The position numbers and the translations under genes are program-made. A stretch of DNA of 64,000 bases from Mizuhopecten yessoensis (Eukaryota). Where the stretch lies: positions 1 to 64,000 of the forward strand of contig NW_018408827.1 of the NCBI RefSeq assembly GCF_002113885.1. Reading direction: 5' to 3'. A model generated the notes under the pieces. That model worked only from the letters and a program-made list of their open reading frames with translations. It was not told the origin of the DNA and searched no databases. Positions 50,380-61,873 of the stretch are shown piece by piece (the first letter of the stretch is position 1; each line of letters opens with the position of its first letter).

Positions 50380-52352
50380 CAATAATAAAGAATTTCGATC
50401 TTATACTTCATCTACTTTTAAACGTTTTTGAACGTGTAGTCTATAAACATATTTACAACTTATTTAACTCTAATAATCTTATTTACAAATTTCAGTCTGG
50501 ATTCTTACCCAATCATTCTTGTACGCATCAACTCATTGAAATGTACCATTCTATGATGTTAGCATTAGAAAACCATGAACATATAGCTTTTACTTTTTGT
50601 GATTTTTCAAAGGCCTTCGATCGAGTTTGGCATAGAGGGCTTTTATACAAACTTCAACAACATGGTATTTCAGGCAGTCTTCTTAATTGGATAACAAACT
50701 ATCTTTTTGAGCGTAAGCAATCCGTCTTTATTCACGATTCTCATTCTTCTGTAAGAAATATAAACGCCGGTGTTCCCCAAGGTTCAGTGTTAGGCCCTTT
50801 ATTCTTCTTGATTTATATTAACGACATTTCGACCGAACTCTCCTCATTATCTCGTCTTTTTGCTGACGATACGTCGCTTTCATACTCATCACCAAACCAA
50901 GAAAATATTGTAAGTGAAGTAAATAAAGACCTAAAAACTCTAGAGAAATGGTCTAAAAATTGGCTGATGTCTTTCAATCCTAAAAAAAACGAAATCATAA
51001 TTGTTTCTAATACAAATCTACCCTTTCAACCCCAATTTATTTTTAACGATACTTCTATCCTTTTAACAGATAGCCACAAACAACTTGGAGTTATACTAAG
51101 TAGCGACGGTAAATGGAATAAACATGTAGACGAACTTATCAAAAAAAGTGGCTATATATATAGCAGACCTTCGTAAAATGAAATGGTTACTCAGTAGAAA
51201 TAACCTTGAAAAACTATATTTAACGTACATTCGACCATTATTAGAGAATGCATGTGAAGTCTGGGTCAATTGTGGAATGACAAATTCATCAAATTTGAAA
51301 ACATTCAGATAGATGCTGCACGAATTGTTACAGGACTACCTATTTACACAAAAATTGAACATATATTTAATGAAATTGGCTGGGTTCCACTAAGTAATAG
51401 AAGGAAAAACAGAAAATTGTCCCTATTCTTTACAATTAAAAACGGTACAGCTCCTAATTATTTGTGTGACACCTTACCAGATAGCATTGGGAATATTTCT
51501 CGTTATAACCCGAGAAATTCCCAACATTTAAGATAACCAAACTTTAGGCTTGAAACAATGCGAAATTCTTTTTTCCCATCAACTACAAAAATGTGGAATG
51601 ACCTAGATATATCTATAAGGAATTCGGCTTCTCTCAGTTCATTTAAATCAAATATAAAATCAAAAGGTAAACCACAAAATAAATGCTTTCTGGTATGGGC
51701 TTCCCGTTAATCAAATATACTTCATTGCCGTTTGAGAAATCGTGCGAGCTCCCTTAACTATGACCTATTTAGAGCAAATTTATCAAATACAGCTGAATGT
51801 GCATGCGGTAGTCCATGTGAAGACTCTTATCACTTCCTTTGTGTCTGTCCCTTATACACCCAGCATCGTAATCTATTAAAAAGAGAGCTTCAACCTGTTC
51901 GTGATGATTTAACTTAAGACTTGCTCCTATAAGGCGATCCTAAATTCAGCATTAATGTAAATACCTCAATTGCAAAATCTGTCCAAAATTATATCAGCAA
52001 ATGCAACAGGTTTGACTGAATGTGATTATCTTTCTCTCTCTATCACTCTTTTTTTTTCTCCGACTCTACCTGTGTTACTATCATTTACTTCATTACTCTA
52101 TCCGTCTTTTCTTCCACTCTATTTTTCATCTACTCTATCTGTGTTACTATCCTTTACTTCGTTTCGCTCTCCTTCTTTTCTTCGTCTCTATTTTCCATTT
52201 CCATATAAAAACATAATTAATGTATATTGCGTAAATTACCTTATCAAGTTATTGTTTATATTCATGTATTTGAAGAAAAGGACTTTGATAAGTTTGTAAA
52301 ACTTGTGTCCAATTCTTTTGTAAATATTTATTTGCAATAAAATATGTTTAAA
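50380..52352 (+). mobile_element. 5'-truncated CR1-group LINE (RT, Cys/His C-terminus, 3' UTR), disrupted
   Basis: FQSGF, DFSKAFDRVWH, GVPQGSVLGP, LFADDT and AARIVTG motifs, plus CACG..EDSYHFLCVCPLY. Frameshifts and stops after ~51150. Ends AATAAAATATGTTTAAA. Confidence 0.92.
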
Positions 52353-52713
52353 TCTCTACTTTTTACACAAGATGGAAGGAACATTGCACATGTCATTGAC
52401 TAAAGGGAAGTAACTCGGAAAAACGTCTTGTCAACTGGTGGTGGCATATTTCTATATTTCTGTGATCGATAACGAGTTACATATGTCAGCATATACTCTA
52501 AAAGATGTCGACATAATCTGCACATATGTCAGCATATTCTCATAATATGTCGACAAAAAACAAATCCGTGACAATTTCGCAGAGATATGTATTTCTTTCT
52601 GTAACTCATTTCACGTTTGAAGATTATAAAAAAATCCTGATTTATCGATTCTTAGTTTACAAGAAAGATGTAGATATTAATGGTTGTGTATGTTTCGATT
52701 TTCCTTTTTGAAG

Positions 52714-53394
52714 GTTGAACTACTGAACAAACGAAAGAAACACTTTTGTGGAGGGACACTGATTGCGCCCTACTGGGTTCTCACTGCGGCTCACTGTATA
52801 CGTAAACGAGGGAAAACACGGAAGATAATTGTGCGCGTGGGCGAGCATGACGTCACAAAATTGGAAAAGACAGAAAAAGACTACACTGTTTCCAAATATT
52901 TCCCTCATCCTTCATTTAGTTATAAAGCTGTAATGAATGACATAGCATTATTAAAATTGAATACGCCTGTAAGAACTTCTAATATCAGCGGATATGCGTG
53001 CCTTCCGGTGAAATCCAAAAGACTTTCAAGTAGGACTATTTGCAAGACCATTGGCTGGGGTCGAACACAAAGCAAGAGTTTGACAGGGAGTGACGTATTG
53101 AAAGAAGCAGACGTGCCGATAGTCAAGAAAAGAAAATGTCAAAAAGCTTTTGATTTTACTATAACTCGATCACAGCTTTGCGCCGGGTACAAACGAGGAG
53201 GAATAGACTCTTGTATCGGCGACAGTGGAGGGCCACTACTGTGTCCTTTTGTATCTAACAGTAACGACACACGCTGGTATGTTAACGGTGTCACCAGTTA
53301 TGGTGAAGGTTGTGGAGAAAAGGGAAAATTCGGAATTTATACAAATGTTTTAAAGTATATGCATTGGATTCAAAAAATCATTTTTAAGAAGTAA
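52714..53394 (+). CDS. TSP1-serine protease exon 4: trypsin-type (S1A) catalytic domain
   Basis: Acceptor TTCCTTTTTGAAG|GTT (phase 0, WPWQ|VEL). Motifs HFCGGTLI, LTAAHC, NDIALL, DSCIGDSGGP and GVTSYGEGCG are present; stop TAA at 53394. AATAAA at ~53844. Spliced total 1473 nt, about 490 aa. Confidence 0.96.
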   Translation, partial: VELLNKRKKHFCGGTLIAPYWVLTAAHCIRKRGKTRKIIVRVGEHDVTKLEKTEKDYTVSKYFPHPSFSYKAVMNDIALLKLNTPVRTSNISGYACLPVKSKRLSSRTICKTIGWGRTQSKSLTGSDVLKEADVPIVKKRKCQKAFDFTITRSQLCAGYKRGGIDSCIGDSGGPLLCPFVSNSNDTRWYVNGVTSYGEGCGEKGKFGIYTNVLKYMHWIQKIIFKK

Positions 53395-54535
53395 TTAAAG
53401 TCAACGGTCTAAGGAAATCTCAGGAAACAAAAGACTTTTTTCAACCTCATATTTTCAAAGTAGAATCCGGATAAAGACAAATAACGCATTTTCAATATTA
53501 GATACTGAATACCATTTATGAGCCGATGTATATTTACATTTTCCCACTATCTTGTGAATTTCAATTTAGAAATGTGAAAACAATATTCATATGTTTCTTT
53601 GGTGTTGGCTATTTTTGGCCTTGGTTAACTGTCATCTTTTATTGAACAAGCCATCAGCCCCTCGATAATGATGGTACAGTAACTGTATATTTCTTTTTGA
53701 GTATTTTAATTTTCACCGATTGAAGTACAATGTATTTGAAGCACAATGGTGAAATACATAAATACCTCAAAAATGTACAGAATTTCTCGGTTTATTTTAT
53801 TCTGTCGTCTCAGGAAAGCTATCACATCTATAAGATACGGGTAAATAAAATGACATTTATTTAGGAATCTCGGAAAGGAAATATTTTCAAACTCGATTTG
53901 TTTTTTAAATCTGGCAGCTCGACGAGCTGAGTGTTATGAAGTAAGAATTGTGAACAAAAATGAATAAGTGCGACCAATGAGCTATGTACACATTAAACGG
54001 ATGTAAACTTTTGGCAAAGTGTCTTCGATTTATACACTGAGCAGTGAATGGGGAAAACGTTGACAAAAAACAAAGACATACAATCATTTGAATCGGTAGT
54101 CCCTTCCCTTAAAGAATCGTACAAATTATCGACCAAAAGTACAATTGGAATTGATATGTACTTTAGTAAAAGTCGTAGCTTGACTGAAGTATGAATTATG
54201 AATTTTATTTTAGCTATTGACAAGATTCACTGCACTGTCATATGAACAGCAAGCATGCCTCATTTTCTATTATCAATGTTTTGTTTTACAGTAAAAAGTA
54301 CAGATATTTTATAAAAGGGTCAAATTCGGATATAAACAGTTATCGGTGTCGGCAGGAGTTGCTCCCCTTATATTAATCCACAACCAAATTCTATATACCA
54401 AATACGTTATTTGTTTGGTAGCATGGCAAAAAATGAGATTTGCAATTGCTTACACACTTCGAGAAGTTCAAGATTACGAAATCTTCCTTTAAATATTGTG
54501 AATAGTTTGTGTACTCCAGAAGTTATCCCCAGGAC

Positions 54536-54595
54536 CACCCTCGATACTCCAGGAGTTACGCTAGAGCACTAGTGAGCCCTGGAGTATCGAGGATG
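54536..54595. mobile_element. 60-bp TIR-only derivative of the 36042-39143 element
   Basis: CACCCTCGATACTCCAGG-AGTTACGCT...-CCTGGAGTATCGAGGATG. Confidence 0.75.
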
Positions 54596-55442
54596 CCACA
54601 AGACAAACTTCATGCACATCTGTATACATGTGTTTACCAATCGCTACATATTACCAGTTTTTAGCCATTTGTACAAGGCGACGCCATGACACAAACATGG
54701 ACACGCTAATATTAGTGACATAAACAATGATGTACTTCTCTTGTAATTTAACATATTTTAGTCTACGCTCATTTGTGTTTCACATGTGGTCAAAACGAAA
54801 TTGAATTTTTCAAAATGTCCGTGTCAAAATGATTTTTGTTAACATCTTCGAAATGCTCTCGCGATGCACAGTAGCATTTAACAGAACCGATACCGACAGT
54901 GAAACATTTACATTTCGAATATGTCAGGTATTTTGTTTGTTTTTATTAAGTCTATTAAGTTTTTTATCAACCTAAAACCTTTACGTTCAGGATGACACGT
55001 AACCATACACAGGGGCTAGCGGCGATAAACATTGAATAAATAAATAAAATACAATTACGAAGTAATTTGATGAAGAGTTCAGATATATATATATATGCAT
55101 ATATACGGAAGAGACATATACTGACATATTGATGAAACTGTATGATAAAAATAATTGGTGAACAGGTGTGACAGAAACGAGGATTTGAAAAAAAAATGTT
55201 ATAAATATCTACGTCAACCCCTTGTGTACCACGTACAGTTTATTATTGTAAATGCGAACCTCACAATGAATTAGTATACGGGTGTAGTTTGTGACAAATT
55301 TTAGTGAAATAGACTGTTATTCGTCTTTAAAGAAAATGTAGGTTTTAATCGCGGAATTAGATTATCTATCCAAGTCCGTGGTTTGATAAGAAAACGGGTT
55401 CTTTCCTGTCCGGAGTCCTGTGTCACTAACTAGCCCGTTAAT

Positions 55443-56015
55443 GTAATCGTATGTATACATGTCTGTGCGTACATTAGTGTACAGTAATCGTATGTATACA
55501 TGTATGGGCTACATTAGCGTACAGTAATCGTATGTATACATGTCTGTGCGTACATTAGTGTACAGTAATCGTATGTATACATGTCTGTGCGTACATTAGT
55601 GTATAGTAATCGTATGTATACATGTCTGGGCGTACATTAGTGTACAGTAATCGTATGTATACATGTCTGTGCGTACATTAGTGTACAGTAATCGTATGTA
55701 TACATGTCTGTGCGTACATTAGTGTACAGTAATCGTATGTATACATGTATGGGCCACATTAGCGTACAGTAATCGTATGTATACATGTCTGGGCGTACAT
55801 TTGTGTATAGTAATCGTATGTATACATGTCTGGGCGTACATTAGTGAACAGTAATCGTATGTATACATGCCTGGGCGTACATTAGTGTACAGTAATCGTA
55901 TGTATGCATGTCTGGGCGTACATTAGTGTACAGTAATCGTATGTATACATGTATGGGCCACATTAGCGTACAGTAATCGTATGTATACATGTCTGGGCGT
56001 ACATTAGTGTACAGT
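55443..56015. repeat. 41-bp minisatellite, ~14 copies
   Basis: GTAATCGTATGTATACATGTCTG(T/G)GCGTACATTAGTGTACA; contains the palindrome ATGTATACAT. Confidence 0.97.
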
Positions 56016-56243
56016 ATTAGCCGTAGTTGCGTTAATCACAGGCGTGAGGTCGCACCTAAACAAAACACACACAAAAAATAAGAACTTGAGCAAGGCAAAT
56101 GCATATGGTTATATTATTGCAAAATGTCAAAAATACATCTGTGTGTATATATATAGTAAATACATTCTCATTTGAAAACAAAATTAAGAATTTGCAAAGT
56201 AAATTTCAACAAATTAAATGCACAAAATTTGTTAAGATTTCTT

Positions 56244-56303
56244 CAACAAGTTCAGTCACGGTTACTTGTTACCAATTTATAACCATGACGTCATAAGCTT
56301 GAT
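56244..56303 (-). promoter_or_regulatory. Type II SECIS element in the GPx 3' UTR
   Basis: Minus strand: CAAGCUU-AUGAC-GUCAUGGUUA-U-AAA-UUG(GUAA)CAA-G-UAACCGUGAC-UGAA-CUUG. AUGA/GA quartet, 10-bp helix II with one G-U pair, unpaired AAA, apical mini-stem and helix I. Lies ~620 nt after the stop. Confidence 0.92.
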
Positions 56304-56915
56304 TTGTTAACAACGTAAAATGCATTGTTTGAATCGGCATATTAGATGATCCGGATTTTTTCTGGAAATGAATCCTGACTAGGAATTTTCATTGTACCTA
56401 TACATGTAATGTCTTATTGTTTTAACCATAATGTACAATACATAATAAAAATTGAATAGCTGTGATTAGAACTTGTCTTTCTTTCAAATAAAATTCAGTT
56501 AATATTTCAATCCAATCGGGTTCTTCAACCGTTTAGTTAGAATTCACGTTATACATCAATCTAATGTCTCTCAGTTATAAGTGCCACCTCGTCTAACGCC
56601 AACAATTGCGGTTTTCAAATTTCTTTCGACATATTGTCAAATCCCTTTATAACGCCTAAATTAAGACGATTTGTAAAGGTGTCAGTGTAAAAAAATAAAA
56701 TCTGTCATGTATATATTTTCAATTAATTTCATTATTGCGAAGAACTTCATAAACAAACAATTAAAATACTGAAAAATCTGACAGAAGCTTCATTACAATC
56801 GAATTGAAATTAAATTGTATAAATTTGGATTCAAAAACACTTAACTTTCTCAAATTTTACACCCAAATATCGTATACTTCTTCACGATATATTTAATCAT
56901 ATATGCGACCTTAAA

Positions 56916-57203
56916 TTATACCATAGTGAATTTAAGTTCAATTGCATCAAATGTTTCTTCGATAATTTTCACGATATTGCTAGCTGTAGTCGGGTTATTG
57001 GCCGAATCTTCCAATGTCATGGATACCAGGATATTCTCGATATCGTCTGGGGCTACAGCGGATAGTATCCGATATCTTGGCATCCCGTACTTGTCTACAA
57101 TAAACTTCTCAAAGTTCCACACGACATCTGATGGACGGATTGGGTCCCAGAAACTCCGCCGTACCCTGAATGCTGCATTGTCCGGGAGACGGGGACAGGA
57201 GTT
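56916..57203 (-). CDS. GPx: Selenium-dependent glutathione peroxidase, exon 3
   Basis: Acceptor TTTATAG|AAC (phase 0). NSCPRLPD...[28 protein letters not shown]...; stop TAA at 56916. Confidence 0.95.
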   Translation of the reverse strand, partial: NSCPRLPDNAAFRVRRSFWDPIRPSDVVWNFEKFIVDKYGMPRYRILSAVAPDDIENILVSMTLEDSANNPTTASNIVKIIEETFDAIELKFTMV

Positions 57204-57556
57204 CTATAAATATAAAGCAGTACCTGTTAACTCGAACTAGAATTTAATCGATTTCCCTCCATAATGTATATCGGAAGAGTCGACCAATCTTTCTCCCTCG
57301 AACTTGGAAGAATCAAATAGCGCGTTTCTTTATTCTACTTTCAAGAAGATGCATGTCACAGTTTTATGTAGTAGACCCTACGTGTAACTTTTTTCCAAAC
57401 CAATTTAGAATTCATCCCTTCTAGTTGACTATTACATACATATAGGATTTGTTNCCACCCCAATTCTTCCCTCCCTCCCTCCCTCCTTCCCTCGGCCTCC
57501 TCCAAGCATACACGCATACACATGTAATACATGCACTACATTTCAAATGAACTTAC

Positions 57557-57798
57557 TTTTAAATAAGTGTAGAAGTGGTCCTCCTGCGGCCCGTTTACAT
57601 TTACTTTCGCCATAAGGTCAAACAATGGAATATAACCACTTCCGGGTCGAACATAATGAAGTCCGTTCAGAAGCTCTGTCTTATTATCGGCGGGTTCCTG
57701 GAGGGCGAACTGGTTGCATGGAAATCCGACGAAAGAAATAGATCTGTTCTCGTGTTTCTTTAGTAGTGCATTTATTTGTCGGTACTGGTACGTGAAAC
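57557..57798 (-). CDS. GPx: Selenium-dependent glutathione peroxidase, exon 2
   Basis: Acceptor TTTTTAG|GT (phase 1), donor AAA|GTAAGT. FTYQY...VGFPCNQFALQEP...LHYVRPGSGYIP...KVNVNG...FYTYLK. Confidence 0.96.
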
Positions 57799-60700
57799 CT
57801 AAAAATAAATACAAAACTTAAACTGATAGGTAACTTGTACGTTTTACACCTAGATCATTAAGTTATGAACCATGTAATATACAAGTAACCATATCGATTC
57901 ACGTTCACGTAACTACACGTGTTCCATAGAAAAGGAACAAGTCTATGATAGTACTTGTCACATGCGTCACAGTTTTTTTCTCTAACCGGTTATTCTCGTT
58001 TTTGCTGGGGAAAGAGTAACGTTACTACTATCTTCACGGTGTGAGAAATCTGCAACCCGAGAGCTAGAAAAACTAAATAATCAACCCAAACGACGGAGAC
58101 TGCTCTGTTACGCCCTTAACGTTAGGAAAAACAATTCTCCTATTATTCCAATTACATGTTTGAAAATATTTTTTCAGCATTTATAATATTTTATCTTGAT
58201 TTGCACATGGCTTCTTCCGTCGAGAGCTGTTTGTGACGTCATACACGTTTTTTCCCCTGATGTCATCGTCTTGTGTCTGCTCACGTGTTATCTGTCATAT
58301 TTCAGAGGGTTTCAGGCAACATACTAGTTGAGCTGATAGAAGAATCATGAACAGGTTAGCAAAGAGAGATAATTCTGAGAATAACAGGAGAAAAACCTGT
58401 CTTCACCCGCCAAGGAAAGAGCTAACACGTGCAATTATTCTGTAAACGTCACCATTAGGCCTAACTAATCATGTATGCAGTGTAAGCGTCTTCAATTTTG
58501 TCACACAATTAATGCGCATTTGAAGATGTCGCTGCGCATTGGTTTCGTCATTATTTTACGAAATGAATAAGGGAGAGTAAAAAAAATAATCACCCTGCTA
58601 TGATATCGACAGAGAAGTCTAAGCCCATAGGATAAGATTTTTGAAGTTAAGTACTGCTAAATAAAAAATAAAAATTGTGTTGGGATGTCTCTATCTGCAC
58701 CATGTCGGAGTGATAGCTTCTATTGCTTTTAACTGCTGTATAGACATAAGGAACATCACAATACATTCTAAACGCCTGGGGTTAGATTTGAACAGCCGTG
58801 AACCTGTACGTGTAACCTACAAACATACACACACCAGTTAAGTTTACTTCAGACCTTCATTGTACATAAACAATCATTCACATTTAACCTAACAATTGCA
58901 GTTTACCTTTATGCATGTTTACACATGCCTCTCTATCATTATGTCAAGCCCCTCTGTCATATACATGTACACAAGCCGTTATTGTCGAGGACAACAAGTC
59001 AAACCAGAAAATGCATAGCTACAAATACACAGCTGTATTTAAATGTATGTGACTGTGTCAAGTTGTAATATAGTTGAATAAATAGTTGAAGAAGGGATTG
59101 CGCTTACAAGGTTTCTCGAGTTTTTCAAGGGCCTCAACTCCATTTTTTTTAAATTGTTACTTGTTCTTGTTAACTATACAAATGTGCGATAGAATACATG
59201 TGTGGGAGTCACGCCGACAAGGTTTTGTACAGGAAGGGCGAATACAACCCAATCCGCCGAACTCTCAAATTCCCAAATTTCCCAACACGCCCTAACCCCA
59301 ACTAATACCGCTACTTCAACCTCCCTGCTGTACTCGTTTGTGTGTGTATAGGGGGAGGTTACATATGTACAACAAATATAGGAAATACTCAGACAACATT
59401 CGAAAACAACATACTGCAAGTGTGTGCTACGCGATAATTACATATACTGTATGATACGCACATTATAAAGTTATTACAGAAAAACGGCATTAATCATTAA
59501 CAATTTAGATAATTAAACGTTGGTGGTAGCAAATAATAGTTGTTTACATAGTAATTTATGCATTAATTCCAGATTTACTGACATGTACAGAACATGTATT
59601 ATAACTGGGCCCGTGTGTAATTCTATGTACGAGATGTACTAAACGTCCCGTACTCGTAGCCATACTGCAAACACAGTTACATTGTTTATCTATAAATCCT
59701 GTCCAGACAACCTCATACCGGAAATAATTGTCTCCTAAAGTAGCAATTTGGTTCGATAATCGGTGCTCAAATGTTTAGCCAGACCAATGTAACAGAGGTC
59801 TTTGTGCGTGTTTTTGGTGTTTTTTTTCATTGCCACCACTTTGGATGAAACTGGGACCTTTGGTTTACTAGTCTGACTCTCTGTATACAAATAACCTAAT
59901 CCAACTTGCTATAATATTGCACAAGCACTCTGAGGCTAACAAGAAGTACCTAAAGCGATTTAATTCCACTAAGAATATTTGGTAAACCTTCTTTTTTTTT
60001 TTAAATCTTTCACGTCTGAAACAGTATCCTTATATACTCTTTAAAAGCTCAAAATTCATTTCAGAGCTTCTAGAATTCATATTGGTTGTACTGATTACTA
60101 TTGATGAAAATGTATGCACCCTGCCTGGTGTTCTGGGTAATTTTACACATTTTAGGGGTTTTGATCAACTTTCGGTTAAAATGCCACCTCCAATTATCGT
60201 ACATATGATCGTTGGGGGTGGAATTTTGACCAAAATTTGATCTCTTCCACTAAAAACATGTAAAATTGCTCTGAACACCTTAGTTTAGGTCCAGATAAAG
60301 CTGTAACATATTCTCAGATCCCTTTGGGTCGTACTACAGTAAGACATTTCAGCTTGGACGCACTTCAACGCATCCTTAGAAAATATGTACAATCTCAACA
60401 AGCAAAGGACGCCCTAACAACAGCTTCCTGTACTGCCACAGGACACACATGTATAACAGTCAAAGTATGTTGACTTCAGGCGCAATATGTCACATACCAA
60501 CAAATAAATAACCGACAGAGTGACGCAAATCTGGAAGCTTACGTCATGAGTCGAGTTCGACAGAAGGAGGAATCTTAACATGAATCATAATAGACCACTC
60601 TGACGTCAGAACTCCAGGGACCTGAACATCGATTGCATGGTGTATATTTCGACCAATACATATTTTAAGGGAGTATTATTATACGTTGGAGGGGTTACAT

Positions 60701-61559
60701 AAAATCATCACACAGTAAACAAAATTATAATGATATCGTTGAAGAGATGGATAAATATTGTTTCAGTAACCTACTATCCACTTGAAATGTGTATGATCCC
60801 CTTGTTCTCCCAAAACACGCGCCATTTAGATAGTTTAAACTTGTGTAAGCTACAGTATAGTGCCGCATTTGGTCTGAAATACTTTCATCTCAATATTTTG
60901 ACTAACCATTTGCAAGAGAGGCATTGTCTTTCAGTCTTCTGCTTGAGCAACGGTGCTTTTGGTTTGTCCAACCACAGAGGGAAAACATTTCAAAGTATTG
61001 CCAGCACGAGCAGGACACAAGTATACCTATTAAATAATTCATATGTTGACACACGATGATAAAATTGACAGTTTCAGCTTATACGGAAAGCAAAATGAAA
61101 GACAACACGAAATGGGGAGACACAATCTTAAACCACAAGTCATTGTGAACTTCCACAAAAAAATCTGGCTTATATAAACAGATGTTCCTTAATAGAGCGA
61201 CAATATTTCAAAATTTGCAACGCCAAGTTGTGTACGGTCAACCGTGGTAATCCAGCCATCTTTGAAAGTTTTCCCACCACAGGTAAATGGATATAGCTAA
61301 AGTAAGAATACTGGGAAAGGAAAGTTTAGAAAAAAGCAATATGGAATCTAAAACACAGACAGTGCGTGGGCAACCGCGGGTTAGTAGCTGCTCAATTAAC
61401 CGACTGAGGGTTCTAAAGTAAAATATGAATGAAATAGTAAAAGTAAAAAAATAACTGTGTTAGTTTAATTAGATCTATGTCATATTAAACATTTAAACTA
61501 CAGTTCCTTCATAGTCAAGTCAAAAGTTAAACTAACATATATTAAATACAAACACCTAC

Positions 61560-61767
61560 CTCAGAAGGTTGCTACGTTCACAATTACTACGACCTCGTCT
61601 TGAAAATCCGACATATATTTACGATTCCCGTCCAAATCGGTGACGTTGTATGCATACATGTTACCATGTCCCCCCTCACATTTTCTATACACGGTCTGTC
61701 CTCCCACAGCCAAAAGGAGCGATAGCGCTACCAAAGCAGGGGATACTGTCACGATGTCCAGTCTCAT
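61560..61767 (-). CDS. GPx: Selenium-dependent glutathione peroxidase, exon 1 (signal peptide; Sec UGA at 61563-61561)
   Basis: CCGCCATG start; hydrophobic leader; VVVIVNVATF-TGA-G|GTAGGT. Splicing restores NVATF-U-G-FT. Total 738 nt = 245 aa; GPx3-like secreted type. Confidence 0.95.
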
Positions 61768-61798
61768 GGCGGATTGTTACAGCCGGCTAAGCCCTCAC

Positions 61799-61808
61799 TA
61801 TTTATATA
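61799..61808 (-). promoter_or_regulatory. TATA box of GPx
   Basis: TATATAAATA starting 41 nt upstream of the ATG. Confidence 0.7.
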
Positions 61809-61833
61809 GAACATATTCAAAGCAAAGCGCAAT

Positions 61834-61873
61834 CGGTCAAAGGTCAAGGGTCAAATTACAGGGTTAAAGGTAA
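61834..61873 (+). promoter_or_regulatory. Cluster of DR1 nuclear-receptor half-sites in the GPx proximal promoter
   Basis: CGGTCA-A-AGGTCA-A-GGGTCA, then GGGTTA-A-AGGTAA. Confidence 0.6.

Noticed and set aside
56330-56800. Other minus-strand ATGA motifs as SECIS candidates
   Set aside because: No complementary helix II with correctly placed AA and GA.
57454-57500. Single N beside a (CCCT)n tract in GPx intron 2
   Set aside because: Assembly ambiguity or small gap rather than biology; the true intron length may differ.
61561-61563. TGA as a true stop, making the GPx a pseudogene or a 68-aa peptide
   Set aside because: It is at the catalytic Sec position, downstream exons are intact and in phase, and a SECIS is present.
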